A stretch of DNA of 64,000 bases from Patescibacteria group bacterium (GTDB lineage Bacteria > Patescibacteriota > Patescibacteriia > PEXW01). How positions within the stretch are numbered: the stretch's first letter is position 1; the number at the start of each line of letters is the position of its first letter. Positions 19,251 to 30,486 of this stretch are shown piece by piece. A program made the position numbers and the translations under genes. Below the pieces are notes generated by a model. That model saw nothing but the letters and a program-made list of their open reading frames with translations. It had not been told where the DNA came from and did no database searches. The stretch is taken from positions 415,504 to 479,503 of the forward strand of contig JBAZBR010000001.1 of NCBI GenBank assembly GCA_041671325.1, given 5' to 3'.

Positions 19251-20381
19251 ATGAAAAAAATTTGTTTTATTTCAACATTTGCTTATCCTCTTTTTAACAA
19301 ATCGTCAAAAATAATTCATGGTGGAGCTGAGATAGATTTATTCTTTATAGCAGAAGAATTAGCTAATCATGAAAATTTTGAGGTGTTTTTCGTTACGGCA
19401 GATTTTGGACAACCAAATCCTGAAAAATTTAATAAAATCGTTGTTTATTCTTCATGGAAAGTAAACTTGACTGGTTGCTTAAAATATCTTTATTCATTTT
19501 TTGGTCTTTTTAAATTTATTAAGGCTCTTAAAAGTACTAAATCTGAAATATTCGTTCAAGAAGCTGCAGGAATTGAAACATTAATTGTTTCATTATTCTG
19601 TCGATTAACCAAAAAAAAGTTTGTTTATCGTGTTTCCAGTACGGTGGAATGTGATGGGAAAATAATACAACTTCATCCATTTATGGGAAGGCTATTTTTG
19701 TTAGGATTACGTCTAGCTGACGCAATTGTAACCGAAGATCAAGAAGAAGTTGATTTACTAAAACAAAAATATAATTTAAAAGCGCAAGCAATATATGATA
19801 CAACGCCACTACCAAATATTAAGCTATTAATTCCAGTGGAACAGCGGCGTCATATTATTTGGGTGGGCCGTTTAGTTAAAATTAAACGACCAGATATTTT
19901 TTTAGATTTAGTAACAAATTTACCTTATGAAAAATTTATAATAATCGCTGCTACGGTTGATTCAAATGATGAATATACAAAAAAAATTATAGTCCAAGCA
20001 AAGACTTTAAAGAATACGGTGTTGATTCCGGGGCTTAAATATTATGAGCTTGATGAATTTTATCGTTACTCGAAATTATTAATTAATACTTCGGATTTTG
20101 AAGGATATCCAAATACTTTTATTGAAGCTGGGAAATACGGCGTACCTATCATCACTTTGAATGTAGATCCCGACAAATTATTAAGTTTGAATAATTTTGG
20201 AGAATGTGCTAGAGGTAATATAAATATATTGATTGATACTGTTAGTACTTGGTTAAAAAATATAAAAAAACGCGAGGTCGCGGGTCAGGCATTCAGGGAA
20301 TATGTTGAAAAAACCAATGATATCCATAAAAATATCCAGGATTACATCTCGCTTTTTGATCGTTTATCTATGCCCAAGTAG
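19251..20381 (+). CDS. GT4 glycosyltransferase
   Basis: GGAE, WVGRL, EGYPNTFIEA. Confidence 0.85.
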   Translation: MKKICFISTFAYPLFNKSSKIIHGGAEIDLFFIAEELANHENFEVFFVTADFGQPNPEKFNKIVVYSSWKVNLTGCLKYLYSFFGLFKFIKALKSTKSEIFVQEAAGIETLIVSLFCRLTKKKFVYRVSSTVECDGKIIQLHPFMGRLFLLGLRLADAIVTEDQEEVDLLKQKYNLKAQAIYDTTPLPNIKLLIPVEQRRHIIWVGRLVKIKRPDIFLDLVTNLPYEKFIIIAATVDSNDEYTKKIIVQAKTLKNTVLIPGLKYYELDEFYRYSKLLINTSDFEGYPNTFIEAGKYGVPIITLNVDPDKLLSLNNFGECARGNINILIDTVSTWLKNIKKREVAGQAFREYVEKTNDIHKNIQDYISLFDRLSMPK

Positions 20382-20407
20382 ATATTAAAATATTGTCTGT
20401 TGATTAA

Positions 20408-21901
20408 CTACGAAGCTATTTTATACAAAACTATATTCGAATCACTATATTCCTTTGAAAAATATTTCGTATTATCAAAAACCTTCAGGTTCATATCGTA
20501 AATCGCACTATTACGCCAATAATCAATTGCACTTGGGCGTTGTTTAATTTGATATAATGAAATCAATACGTAAATATTGGTATTTTTATATGTTCCTTTT
20601 ATATAATCATAAGCTTCCTTGGATGATGGGATTTTAAACAACTGTGGTCCGTCTTGAGTAATAATATAATTATTTCCAAGAAGTGCATATCTTATTTGTA
20701 AATAATTAGCATTTGTAGTTAAAATCATAGAATCATTTTGTATATACAATTTTGACATTGCATCTAGTGTTTTAAAATCAGCGGTAAACATATTATCAAA
20801 AACTAATCCTCCGGGAATGGTAAATAAAAATAGTACACTAAAGAAAAAATACTGTAAAACTTTTTTGTTTTCAAAAAATGTAAACATATAATCAAAACCA
20901 TAACCCAATAAAATGATTGTATAAAGGGTAAACCATGTATAAAACCTCCAAGGTATTAAGCTATATAAATTCAAGTTAGGCAATATGTATAAAAAAGAAA
21001 AGTAAAATAATGTTATAACCAAGATTATTATAAAACTTAATTTGCTTGAAGTTTTTATTTTTTTAAACAGATTTACAAACCCGTATATTATTCCCAAAAA
21101 GAGCGGGAGAAGAAAAATAAACGAATAATTAGTTAAAAATCTCGATATTGGGATAGCATCACCATTAAAAGCTGTATCAGTGTTATTTGATTGTGTTAGA
21201 AAAAATTTAAAACTATTGAACAAATCTTTATTAAAGAAAAGAATAGATGATAAAAAAACTAAAAGTCCGATAAAAATTAATATTTTTGACTTAATTTTGT
21301 ATTTCTGGCTAAATAAAAAATAAAGAAATATTGTGACTAAACTGAAAAAAATAAAATTTAATCCACTCTGGTGCAAATGAAAATACAAATAGTTACATAC
21401 CAGTATCAATAATAAGTATACTAACTTCTGGTCTTTAAACAGCTTAATAAATAAATAAACTAAATACATCCCGACTAGATAACTTAAAGTTTCTGGCAGG
21501 TACATTATCGAACGTGGCAACAATTGAACTGCTGTCGCGTAAATCAATAATACAAGTAGACGAGCAAGTTTATTTTCGAATAATAAAATTAAAATTTGAT
21601 ATAAAACAAGAAAAGTTATTAAGGTTATAATCCCACCTCCTAATAAATAAACATAAAACAAATTAATACCAGAAATCATGGAAATAAATGCATTAAAAAG
21701 CGGGAAAATAAAAAGGCTATGCAAGGGTGCTTGTCCTGATAATAATATCTGTTTGGACTGCATTGCCCAGTCAAAAATATCAAACTGGGTCAAGGCTTGA
21801 AATTTTAAAGGCTGATATAGACGATAGAAAGCAGCGATTAAAAAAACTACTATCAAAGTTGATTTGTAAAATAGTTGACTTTTATCAATAAAAATTTTCA
21901 T
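20408..21901 (-). CDS. Polytopic membrane protein (GT-C/Wzy-like)
   Basis: About 11 hydrophobic segments, early D motif, soluble C-terminal tail; last gene of the minus-strand glycan cluster. Confidence 0.55.
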   Translation of the reverse strand: MKIFIDKSQLFYKSTLIVVFLIAAFYRLYQPLKFQALTQFDIFDWAMQSKQILLSGQAPLHSLFIFPLFNAFISMISGINLFYVYLLGGGIITLITFLVLYQILILLFENKLARLLVLLIYATAVQLLPRSIMYLPETLSYLVGMYLVYLFIKLFKDQKLVYLLLILVCNYLYFHLHQSGLNFIFFSLVTIFLYFLFSQKYKIKSKILIFIGLLVFLSSILFFNKDLFNSFKFFLTQSNNTDTAFNGDAIPISRFLTNYSFIFLLPLFLGIIYGFVNLFKKIKTSSKLSFIIILVITLFYFSFLYILPNLNLYSLIPWRFYTWFTLYTIILLGYGFDYMFTFFENKKVLQYFFFSVLFLFTIPGGLVFDNMFTADFKTLDAMSKLYIQNDSMILTTNANYLQIRYALLGNNYIITQDGPQLFKIPSSKEAYDYIKGTYKNTNIYVLISLYQIKQRPSAIDYWRNSAIYDMNLKVFDNTKYFSKEYSDSNIVLYKIAS

Positions 21902-21907
21902 AAATTA

Positions 21908-23008
21908 TCATCTAGTAACTCTTTTTGTTCCCTGACAAGTAATCCCCGCCTCTGGATGTTCGTAAGATTTAATTGATTGAAATCCGCTTTGTCTAAACCA
22001 ATCTTCAATTTCTTCTACAAAATAGTAGTTACTTTTTGGAGTAGCCAATACATCAAAAGAATCATTTAATTTCATGCTAAAGGGAAAATTTGCATAATAT
22101 GAAAATGGTATTTTGTTGCCTAATTTTTTGTTTCCAATTTTTTGAAAAACTTTAGTTAATCCATTAAATCCCTCAACAATTAGTGCGGGGATATAACATA
22201 ATTTCAATAATACTTTTTTCGGGATAAACTTCATTACCGATCTTATTGGTTCATAAATATAAAGTGCCCGTCTATTATGACGACGATTGTATACCCAAAT
22301 AATCATCTGACCACCTGATTTTAATAATTTAACCAAACTTGAAAACCCTACCTGGGGCTGGGGTAAATGATGAAGAACACCGATACTGTAGGCGTAATCA
22401 AAAATTTCAAAAAATGGCATACAATAAATATCTGCTTGAATAATACAAATATGTTCATCGCCTTTGGTCATTTCATAAGCGACTTCAACGCTTTCACCTA
22501 AATCCGTGCCAAAAGCTATATTTGCCCCACAGACAACCGCCTGCTTAGTAAAGCGCCCAGAACCACAACCGATATCAACAACTGTTTTACCTTTCAAATC
22601 ATTAGCTGTAATGTGAGGTCCGATAAAATGTAGAAAATTCTGTTTTTCAAAATTATTTTCCTGGTAAATATTTTTCCATTCAAAAGCAAAACTTGCTCCT
22701 GTTTTTTCTTGGTGCTGAATAAATTTATTATAATCCTTTACATCCGCAACGGCTTCTTGCCACTCAGTTTTAACTAATAATGGCAATTCATTAAGCCAAG
22801 TTCGATAAAAGATTAAATGGTTTCTCAACATTTGTTTTCTTAATTCTTTTACTAACATTCGCGGGATACCATTGATTATTGGGAACCATTCTTGTTTATT
22901 TATCAGCAAACCAGCTGTTATCTGATTATCTTGAGTTTGAAATTTAATCAAGTTTAAATCCTGTTTGGATATTGGCGCTTTAATATAGTTTATAAATTTT
23001 TCCCTCAT
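21908..23008 (-). CDS. Class I SAM methyltransferase with N-terminal Trm112-like module
   Basis: FPIINGIPRM; VDIGCGSGR; GVLHHLP. Confidence 0.85.
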   Translation of the reverse strand: MREKFINYIKAPISKQDLNLIKFQTQDNQITAGLLINKQEWFPIINGIPRMLVKELRKQMLRNHLIFYRTWLNELPLLVKTEWQEAVADVKDYNKFIQHQEKTGASFAFEWKNIYQENNFEKQNFLHFIGPHITANDLKGKTVVDIGCGSGRFTKQAVVCGANIAFGTDLGESVEVAYEMTKGDEHICIIQADIYCMPFFEIFDYAYSIGVLHHLPQPQVGFSSLVKLLKSGGQMIIWVYNRRHNRRALYIYEPIRSVMKFIPKKVLLKLCYIPALIVEGFNGLTKVFQKIGNKKLGNKIPFSYYANFPFSMKLNDSFDVLATPKSNYYFVEEIEDWFRQSGFQSIKSYEHPEAGITCQGTKRVTR

Positions 23009-23062
23009 ATTTAATTAAGTAAAAATAATGATTAATTGACTAAGCAAAATGCATTTATAAGT

Positions 23063-24184
23063 TTATATTAATTCCTTAAAAAAACGACTTAGTTTAGCAA
23101 CGCCTTGATCGACTGAAAAATAATTATTGACCCGTTGCCTTGCTGCTGCGCCCATTTTTTTTCGCAATGATTCATTATTTAATAATTCTACAATAGCTTT
23201 TGAAAATTTTTCTTCATTTGCTGTATCTATTAGTCGTCCGGTTTCAATAGTTATCACTTCACGGTTTTCAATTGTGTCAGTAATCAATACGGCTCGTTCA
23301 GCCGCCATTGCCTCCAGTAAAGCAACTGACATACCTTCAAAATATGAAGCAATGACGAAAACGTCAATCATTGGGAGAATTGAGGGAACATCATTTCGAT
23401 CTCCAAGAAAACGAACGTGGTTAGTTATTTCAAGTTTAGCAGCAAGTTGTTCCATTTGGCTTTTTAATACACCGCCTCCAATAAAAATCGCATAAACTTT
23501 AGGTGAAGATTTGATAACTATTGGCAGTGCATTTAGAAAACGTTCAACACCCTTTTCAGGACGTAATTTAGAAACTGTTCCGATAATCATAGCATCGACG
23601 GGTAAATCGATTTCTTGTAGAAAAAAATTACGTTTAGATTTATCTGCGTGGGTAAAAAATTGTAAAGGATTTATGCCACATGTAATAACTGTAAATTTTC
23701 TAGCTGGTAAATTAATATCTTCAACAAAAAATCTTTTTACTTCTTCGGAAACGGCAATATATCGATCTACCATCCAATTAGTCAAAACCATTAAACGGAT
23801 TGGGTTTTGAAACCTATCCCCTCTAAATCGGGCAACTAAATAACTTACTATATTTGGTATGCCGCATATTTTACCCCAGACTCTACCAATTAAATCAGCG
23901 TGGATTAAATAAGTAACCAAGACTTGCGGATGATATCGCTTAACTAATTTAAAAAATTTAAAAAATGCATGGGGACTGAAAGGAAAATGCATATTAAGAA
24001 TTGCGGTAGTCAATCCAACGCGCTCATATGCTTCACGCATGGGACCATCACCCCTAAGCGAAATGACAATATGACGAAATTCAGATAATTTAGGTAAAAA
24101 ACTTTCAAGCAAGCGTTCTGCGCCACCTATTTCAAAACAGGTTATTAAATGGAATACAACAGGTTGTTTATTTTTAGTGATCAT
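23063..24184 (-). CDS. GT4 glycosyltransferase
   Basis: GGAE, EGMSVALLEAM. Confidence 0.9.
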   Translation of the reverse strand: MITKNKQPVVFHLITCFEIGGAERLLESFLPKLSEFRHIVISLRGDGPMREAYERVGLTTAILNMHFPFSPHAFFKFFKLVKRYHPQVLVTYLIHADLIGRVWGKICGIPNIVSYLVARFRGDRFQNPIRLMVLTNWMVDRYIAVSEEVKRFFVEDINLPARKFTVITCGINPLQFFTHADKSKRNFFLQEIDLPVDAMIIGTVSKLRPEKGVERFLNALPIVIKSSPKVYAIFIGGGVLKSQMEQLAAKLEITNHVRFLGDRNDVPSILPMIDVFVIASYFEGMSVALLEAMAAERAVLITDTIENREVITIETGRLIDTANEEKFSKAIVELLNNESLRKKMGAAARQRVNNYFSVDQGVAKLSRFFKELI

Positions 24185-24199
24185 AAATCAAACCCTTAT

Positions 24200-26101
24200 T
24201 TACTGAGTGACTTTTGCTGTGTCAAAAAAAGTTTGGAACCAAAGTTCTAGCGTCAACAAGGCCCAAAGTTTACGTGACTGGTCCAGTTTAGTATTTTGGT
24301 GGCTTATAATTAAGTTATTGATTGATTCTGGATTAAATATGTTCCTTGCTCTGGCACGGGGATTTAATAAGCTCTCACGGATATAATCCTTTAATTCATG
24401 CCTGAACCAATGTTCAATTGGCACACTAAAACCCATCTTTTTTCTGTAAAGAATTTCATTTGGCAATAACCCTTCAAGAGCCTTCTTGAAAATGTATTTA
24501 TTTTTTTGCCCCTTTAATTTTAATGATGAGGGTATGTTAGCGGTAAATTCTAAAAATTCATGGTCAAGCAGAGGTGAACGTCCCTCTAAAGACACAGCCA
24601 TTGAAGCAATATCAACTTTGACTAATAAATCATCTGGCAAAAATGAATTAAAATCAACCGACAATGCTTGGTCAATTATATCAGTAGTGCCTGCCTGCAT
24701 AAATTTGTTCTCAATTATATCCCGCGAATCAGCCTCACCTACCCGGCTTTGAAAATCTTGGGTATAGAGTGCATGCTTGCTTTTTTCATTAAAATAAACG
24801 ATATACTCCAAATAACGCCGGAATTTACCTTCGGAAAAAGTATCATTGAACCTTAAAACCCGGTCAGATAAAGTCGATTTAAAAATTTTGTTATTCAAAC
24901 TTGCTCCTTGGCGGATAACAGATTCGCGCAACCATCTAGGAACATAATCGTAGTAACTAGCGAACTTTTGAATATTGTACCATTTATAACCTGCAAAATT
25001 TTCATCACCGCCATCGCCATTAAGCACGACGGTTACATGCTCTCTGGTTAATTTTGAAACATAATACGTTGGAATTGCCGATGAATCAGCGTAAGGTTCT
25101 TCATAGTGGTAAATCAACTCAGGTAATATTTCTAGAGCTTTTGGTTCAACAATGAATTCCGTATGGTCAGTTTTAAAAAGGTTGGCGATTTGACGGGCAT
25201 AAGGTAATTCATTATGTGATTGTTCTTTAAAACCAATAGTAAAAGTTTTAACCGGTTGATTTGAGTTTTTTGCCATTAAACCAACTATCGCGCTGGAATC
25301 AACGCCCCCTGATAAAAAAGCTCCCAAAGGTACATCAGAAACCAACCGTAATTTAACGGCTTTTTCCAAGCGCTCCATTATTTCCTTTTGCCATTCATTT
25401 TCGCTAAGCTTAAGTTTTTTTGAAAAATCAAGACGCCAATACCTTTCAATCCTGACTTTACCATTTTCCACAATTAAATAATGGGCTGGAGGTAGCTTTT
25501 TAATACCTTTAAAGCCAGTTAAGGGATTTGGGACGTATTGAAAACTTAAATAATGATGGATGGCGATATAATCCGGCTCCCGAGGCACTTCTGGGTCAAT
25601 CAAAAACACTTTCAATTCCGATCCAAAAACAATGAAATCTTTTCCAAGATAATATTTCAAAGGCTTTTTCCCTACCCTATCACGAGCTATGAATAGTTTA
25701 TGCTTTTTTGAATCCCAAATGGCAAAAGCAAACATGCCACGAAGGTGCTCAAGGCATTTTTCGCCATATTCCTCATAAAGATGGATGATGACTTCTGTAT
25801 CAGAATTTGAATTAAATTTATAGCCCAGTTTCCGTAATTTGATTTTTAACTCTTGAAAATTATAAATTTCGCCATTATAGACAATCCAGATAGTCGCATC
25901 AGTATTTGACATCGGTTGATGGCCTGCAGGTGAAAGATCAATAATAGAAAGACGCCTATGACCAAGCCCTATCTGACCTTGGCAAAAATGGCCTTCATCA
26001 TCTGGGCCGCGATACTTAATAGTATCGGCCATTTTTTTTATTAATTCTGGGTCAACTTGCCTTGCCCCAGAAAAATATAGTTTTCCAACAATCCCACACA
26101 T
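24200..26101 (-). CDS. asnB: Asparagine synthase (glutamine-hydrolysing) family amidotransferase
   Basis: MCGI, RGPD, GHRRLSIIDL, NGEIYN, FLSGGVDSS, GDGGDE. Confidence 0.95.
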   Translation of the reverse strand: MCGIVGKLYFSGARQVDPELIKKMADTIKYRGPDDEGHFCQGQIGLGHRRLSIIDLSPAGHQPMSNTDATIWIVYNGEIYNFQELKIKLRKLGYKFNSNSDTEVIIHLYEEYGEKCLEHLRGMFAFAIWDSKKHKLFIARDRVGKKPLKYYLGKDFIVFGSELKVFLIDPEVPREPDYIAIHHYLSFQYVPNPLTGFKGIKKLPPAHYLIVENGKVRIERYWRLDFSKKLKLSENEWQKEIMERLEKAVKLRLVSDVPLGAFLSGGVDSSAIVGLMAKNSNQPVKTFTIGFKEQSHNELPYARQIANLFKTDHTEFIVEPKALEILPELIYHYEEPYADSSAIPTYYVSKLTREHVTVVLNGDGGDENFAGYKWYNIQKFASYYDYVPRWLRESVIRQGASLNNKIFKSTLSDRVLRFNDTFSEGKFRRYLEYIVYFNEKSKHALYTQDFQSRVGEADSRDIIENKFMQAGTTDIIDQALSVDFNSFLPDDLLVKVDIASMAVSLEGRSPLLDHEFLEFTANIPSSLKLKGQKNKYIFKKALEGLLPNEILYRKKMGFSVPIEHWFRHELKDYIRESLLNPRARARNIFNPESINNLIISHQNTKLDQSRKLWALLTLELWFQTFFDTAKVTQ

Positions 26102-26102
26102 A

Positions 26103-27221
26103 TTAATAATTATTGTAAACTTCTTTGAATAAATTCATATATTGATCGGAAATTTTATTCCAATCAAATTCTTGAATAATCTTTTTTCGACCGGCCAAAG
26201 CAAGCTTTTGGCGTAATTCTGGATTTTCTACCAAACTTGATAACTTCTGAATTAGTTCCTTCTGATCGCCAGGTTTGAAAGACAAACCATTTACGCCGTT
26301 TTGAATCAAAATTTTGACTCCCCCCACATCTGAAGCTACACAAGCAATACCTGATGCCATAGCTTCCATTAAAGCATTTGGCAAGCCCTCCGAATAAGAA
26401 GACAAGACAAAAATATCCATGATTTTTAACAATGAATATATATCTTCTCTATGTCCTAAAAATATAATTTTTTCATTAATTATGTTTTTTACCATTTCTT
26501 CTTTACCTAAATATGAACCTATAAAGTAAAATTTTACTTGGGGATATTTAAAAGTTATCTGCTTTGCCACATCAATTATATCCTTATAACCCTTGATTGA
26601 TTCTAATCGACCGATATAACAAATATTAATCTGATTAATATGTTTAATAATATCAGTTGGTAGTTTTGCAGCAACTAACGTTTCCAGATCAACACCATTG
26701 TGTATAACCTTAAATCTTATTTTCAGTTTTTTCGCGATTCCTACTAATCCTTCATGATACAAAATTACCAAATTTGACAGCTTTAAAATCGGCCAGCCAA
26801 TTAACCAAGCATATATTGTCATGATAATACTAACTATTTTTTTTCGAGGATGCCAGTTAATTCCTGGAAAAGTATCAGTAGCTAATATAACTTTTTTTCC
26901 CATTATTCTTAATAGTATTACAGAAAATGAGGTAAAAAACATATGCTTATTAACTAAATAAACGTCTGGTTTCTCTTTTTTTACAACCCGCCATAAATTC
27001 CAGGCTAAATTTGGAACAATACTATAATTCACCGGATCCGGTAAAAACCAATCCACCATACGATATATTTTTATATGCTCACCTATTTGTTCAAATCGAG
27101 GCTGTCCGGTTGTTAGTACCACTACTTCGCACTGCTTAGCTAAATTCAGCGCCGTCTTATAAGCGCTGATCATCCATCGATGTGGTTCGTAAAAGTAAGG
27201 AGCAATAATCAAAAGTTTCAT
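26103..27221 (-). CDS. GT4 glycosyltransferase
   Basis: IGRLESIKG, EGLPNALMEAMA. Confidence 0.9.
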   Translation of the reverse strand: MKLLIIAPYFYEPHRWMISAYKTALNLAKQCEVVVLTTGQPRFEQIGEHIKIYRMVDWFLPDPVNYSIVPNLAWNLWRVVKKEKPDVYLVNKHMFFTSFSVILLRIMGKKVILATDTFPGINWHPRKKIVSIIMTIYAWLIGWPILKLSNLVILYHEGLVGIAKKLKIRFKVIHNGVDLETLVAAKLPTDIIKHINQINICYIGRLESIKGYKDIIDVAKQITFKYPQVKFYFIGSYLGKEEMVKNIINEKIIFLGHREDIYSLLKIMDIFVLSSYSEGLPNALMEAMASGIACVASDVGGVKILIQNGVNGLSFKPGDQKELIQKLSSLVENPELRQKLALAGRKKIIQEFDWNKISDQYMNLFKEVYNNY

Positions 27222-27565
27222 TCTTTATCATTTTTATCGCGCAATGCATCTTGTCTAACGAAATTTTCAAGTTTTCTTTCCATCCTTCTTAACAAAACAT
27301 AATTCCTAAAAGTGATCCCAAATAGCACAATTATGCCGACGATAACCACAAAATCGAACGTCCGGTTAATGCTAAAAGCATTTAAAATGAAATTTACGCT
27401 ATGTGGATATATAACTACTACAACCAAACCAATCCACAAAATTTGCCAGAAAATATATTCATATATGCCAAATTCCTTTCGACGATAGTGCAGGTACGAA
27501 AAATAAGTCATCCAAATAACAAATAAAATTGCTCCAATTTGTATGCCAATCATCTTAACCTCCAA
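27218..27565 (-). CDS. DUF2304-like membrane protein
   Basis: Three TM segments plus coiled-coil tail, downstream of a DPM-synthase-like GT2; start may be the ATG at 27553. Confidence 0.75.
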   Translation of the reverse strand: MEVKMIGIQIGAILFVIWMTYFSYLHYRRKEFGIYEYIFWQILWIGLVVVVIYPHSVNFILNAFSINRTFDFVVIVGIIVLFGITFRNYVLLRRMERKLENFVRQDALRDKNDKE

Positions 27566-28209
27566 ACTAATATATTAAAAATTATTCTAATTCCATCTAA
27601 AATTGTCATGCCACGGTATTTATCATTATAAATCGTGCTGATAGGAATTTCTTTGCAACGCAAATGATTCTTTCCGGCATTCACTATCATTTCCGTCTCA
27701 ACCGCATAACGTGCAGATTCCCAAGCTAACTTATTATAGACTGATAAACGAAAAGCCCGATAACCAGAAAGTATATCGCTAACTTTAATTCCAAATAATA
27801 CTTTTACTAGAGTTGTTAATAAAACTTTTCCAAATTTTGCAATTAGCGGCATTTGCTGATGTACGCTTCTGACTCCAAAAACCACATCAGCATCATTATT
27901 CATTATTGGCGAAAAAATTGAAGCAATCTCATCTGGATGATGCTGACCATCAGCATCAATAAATATTACCGCATCAAATTTATTACTAATTGCCCACTGT
28001 ACGCCAGTAGTCATAGCTGCACCTTTGCCTAAATTTATCCTATGGCGTAAGCAGATAATTTTGTCATCTAGTGGCAAAAATTGCTTCAAAGGTTTAGCTG
28101 AACCATCATCAACAACAATTACTTTGTCAACATACTGTCCAGCTGCAATTGCTACTGAAGCAATATTATTAATTTCATTTAATGCTGGGATAATGGCAGC
28201 GGTTTTCAT
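27550..28209 (-). CDS. GT2, polyprenol-phosphate glycosyltransferase-like
   Basis: IPALNE, VDDGS, GKGAA, DADGQH. Confidence 0.9.
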   Translation of the reverse strand: MKTAAIIPALNEINNIASVAIAAGQYVDKVIVVDDGSAKPLKQFLPLDDKIICLRHRINLGKGAAMTTGVQWAISNKFDAVIFIDADGQHHPDEIASIFSPIMNNDADVVFGVRSVHQQMPLIAKFGKVLLTTLVKVLFGIKVSDILSGYRAFRLSVYNKLAWESARYAVETEMIVNAGKNHLRCKEIPISTIYNDKYRGMTILDGIRIIFNILVWRLR

Positions 28210-29135
28210 TTATTTTGTGTAAGGCGCCAAGTTATATAACGGTCAATTCCGTCCCAGATTCCTACTTTTGGTAAAAAACCCAATCTTGATTTTGACTTTG
28301 TAATATCGCCACCAATAAAACTTTTAACTTCACCCGGCCGAGGCTCTTGGTACTCAATTTTTCCGTTCATTTTTTCAGCAATATGCTCAGCAATATGTTT
28401 AATTGATGTTTCAACGCCAGTCCCAAAGTTAAACACTTCCCCAGCGGTCCCATCATGTTTTAGCAATAAATCATAGGCTTGGACCAAATCATCTATATTC
28501 ATATAATCCCTGGTTTGCAGGCCATCACCAAAAATAACTATTGGCTGACCATCAAGAATACGCTTAACAAAAATTGCAATAGCAGCGCCACCGCCTTTTT
28601 CTTTTTGTCTCTCCCCGTAAATATTGAAAGGCCGGGCCATAGTGACATCTAAACCATAAGTTTTATAATAGGCAAAACATAAACGGTCAGCACCGGCTTT
28701 GCTTGCCGCATACGGGCTATGAGGCCGCATTTCTGCATCTTCTTTTATCAATAAATGCTGCTCGGGTGCACCATAAACTTCACAAGTACTGGCGTGAATC
28801 AAGCGATTACCGTATTCCCGGACAGCTTCCAAGACATTATATGTACCATAGATATTCACGTCTAAATACGCAGCTGGATCCTTAATTGATTCGTCTACAT
28901 TAATCCTGGCCGCTAAATGAAAAATCACATCATGATCGCGGATTGTTTTTTTTACTAATTCTTTATCAGTTATACTCCCCCAAACGCAAGTCATTCCCTT
29001 TGGCATTTTTTTCCAGATTTCAATGGCTCGATCAGAAATTGTATTCAAAACTGTTACCTCATGGCCAGCCTTCTGAAAATGTTCGGCTAAGTGACTGCCT
29101 TGAAAACCGAGGCCTCCAGTGATAAGAATTTTCAT
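28206..29135 (-). CDS. NAD-dependent epimerase/dehydratase
   Basis: GGLGFQG, STCEVYG, PYAASK, RPFNIYG. Confidence 0.88.
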   Translation of the reverse strand: MKILITGGLGFQGSHLAEHFQKAGHEVTVLNTISDRAIEIWKKMPKGMTCVWGSITDKELVKKTIRDHDVIFHLAARINVDESIKDPAAYLDVNIYGTYNVLEAVREYGNRLIHASTCEVYGAPEQHLLIKEDAEMRPHSPYAASKAGADRLCFAYYKTYGLDVTMARPFNIYGERQKEKGGGAAIAIFVKRILDGQPIVIFGDGLQTRDYMNIDDLVQAYDLLLKHDGTAGEVFNFGTGVETSIKHIAEHIAEKMNGKIEYQEPRPGEVKSFIGGDITKSKSRLGFLPKVGIWDGIDRYITWRLTQNK

Positions 29136-29199
29136 ATATAAGAGTTAAATTATAAAATTAAATATTTAATTATTTCAAATAGAACCGTTGGATAATTTT

Positions 29200-30486
29200 T
29201 TACCTGCCAATCCCTTTATAAATAATTCCCAATTTTTGTATTACTTCCTTATCCCAAACATTCTTACCGTCAATGACTATTTTGATTTTATGCTTTTTAA
29301 GTTCTTTAGGATTAAGCACGACAAAGTCTTTATGGTTAGTAGCTAAAATTATAGCATCTACATTTTTAAGAAAAGTATTCAGATCTTTCTCGGTTGATTG
29401 CTCGGGGAAATACGGGTCAAACACATGAATATTAGCCTTTAAATCGCTTAAGAGGCTGATAACCTTCTTGGAAGGACTTTCTCTTATATCGCCCACGTTA
29501 GCCTTGTAAGAAAGGCCTAAAATGCCAATGCTAGTACCTTTAATGGGTAAGCCAAGCTCATTTAAAGCCGATTGCAGCTTATCCACTGTATATTGCGGCA
29601 TACTGTTATTAATCTCTCTGGCTAGCTTTAAAAATTTATGATCAAAACCGGCTTTACGGGCTCTTTCAATTAAGTAATACGGGTCCACGGCAATGCAATG
29701 TCCGCCCACGCCCACTGAAGGATAATGCGGCATAAAAGCAAAGGGCTTGGTTGCCGCTCCTTGGATAACATCATAAACATCAATACCTAAAACATCAAAA
29801 GATTTTGCTAATTCATTGACATAGGCAATGTTAATATCTCGAAAAGTATTTTCAATAATTTTGGTAGCTTCAGCTTCTTTAATGGATTTCATGATTCTTA
29901 CTTCCCCATCCAAAATTGACCGATAAAATTTTGCCGCGCGGAGAGCGCCTTTTTTTGTAACCGAACCGACACAGCGCGGTATATTCCTGACATTCCATTT
30001 TTGATTGCCAGGATCAATTCTTTCTGGGCAATGCGTTAATTCAAAATCTTTACCGACTTTTTTGCCGGTTGATTCCAGAATTGGCAAGACTACTTCTTCG
30101 CAAACACCAGGGTTGATAGTTGATTCAATTATGATTAACTGGCCCTTTTTCAAATTTTTTAAGATACTCTTGCTGGCTGAAATCACGGGGGTTAAATCGG
30201 GATTATTCAACTCATCAATTGGTGTAGGCACACAAACAATTACTATGTCAGATTTTTTAACCGGTTCATATGACCAGCTGGCTTTGATCAATCGTTTTTT
30301 GATAGTAGCTTCTAAACTTTGATCATCTTTTAAAGTATTAACGCCTTTGTTAAGCAAATTGATATTATGTTTATTTCTAGCTACGCCAAAAACCCGATAA
30401 CCTTTTTCCGCAGTTAAGGCAGCCAAGGGTAAACCAACATAACCCAGGCCAATTATTGAAACGATTTCTTTTCTCTTATTTTTCAT
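29200..30486 (-). CDS. UDP-N-acetylhexosamine/nucleotide-sugar 6-dehydrogenase
   Basis: GLGYVGLP, CVPTP, PERIDPG, GVGGHCI, DIRESP. Confidence 0.92.
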   Translation of the reverse strand: MKNKRKEIVSIIGLGYVGLPLAALTAEKGYRVFGVARNKHNINLLNKGVNTLKDDQSLEATIKKRLIKASWSYEPVKKSDIVIVCVPTPIDELNNPDLTPVISASKSILKNLKKGQLIIIESTINPGVCEEVVLPILESTGKKVGKDFELTHCPERIDPGNQKWNVRNIPRCVGSVTKKGALRAAKFYRSILDGEVRIMKSIKEAEATKIIENTFRDINIAYVNELAKSFDVLGIDVYDVIQGAATKPFAFMPHYPSVGVGGHCIAVDPYYLIERARKAGFDHKFLKLAREINNSMPQYTVDKLQSALNELGLPIKGTSIGILGLSYKANVGDIRESPSKKVISLLSDLKANIHVFDPYFPEQSTEKDLNTFLKNVDAIILATNHKDFVVLNPKELKKHKIKIVIDGKNVWDKEVIQKLGIIYKGIGR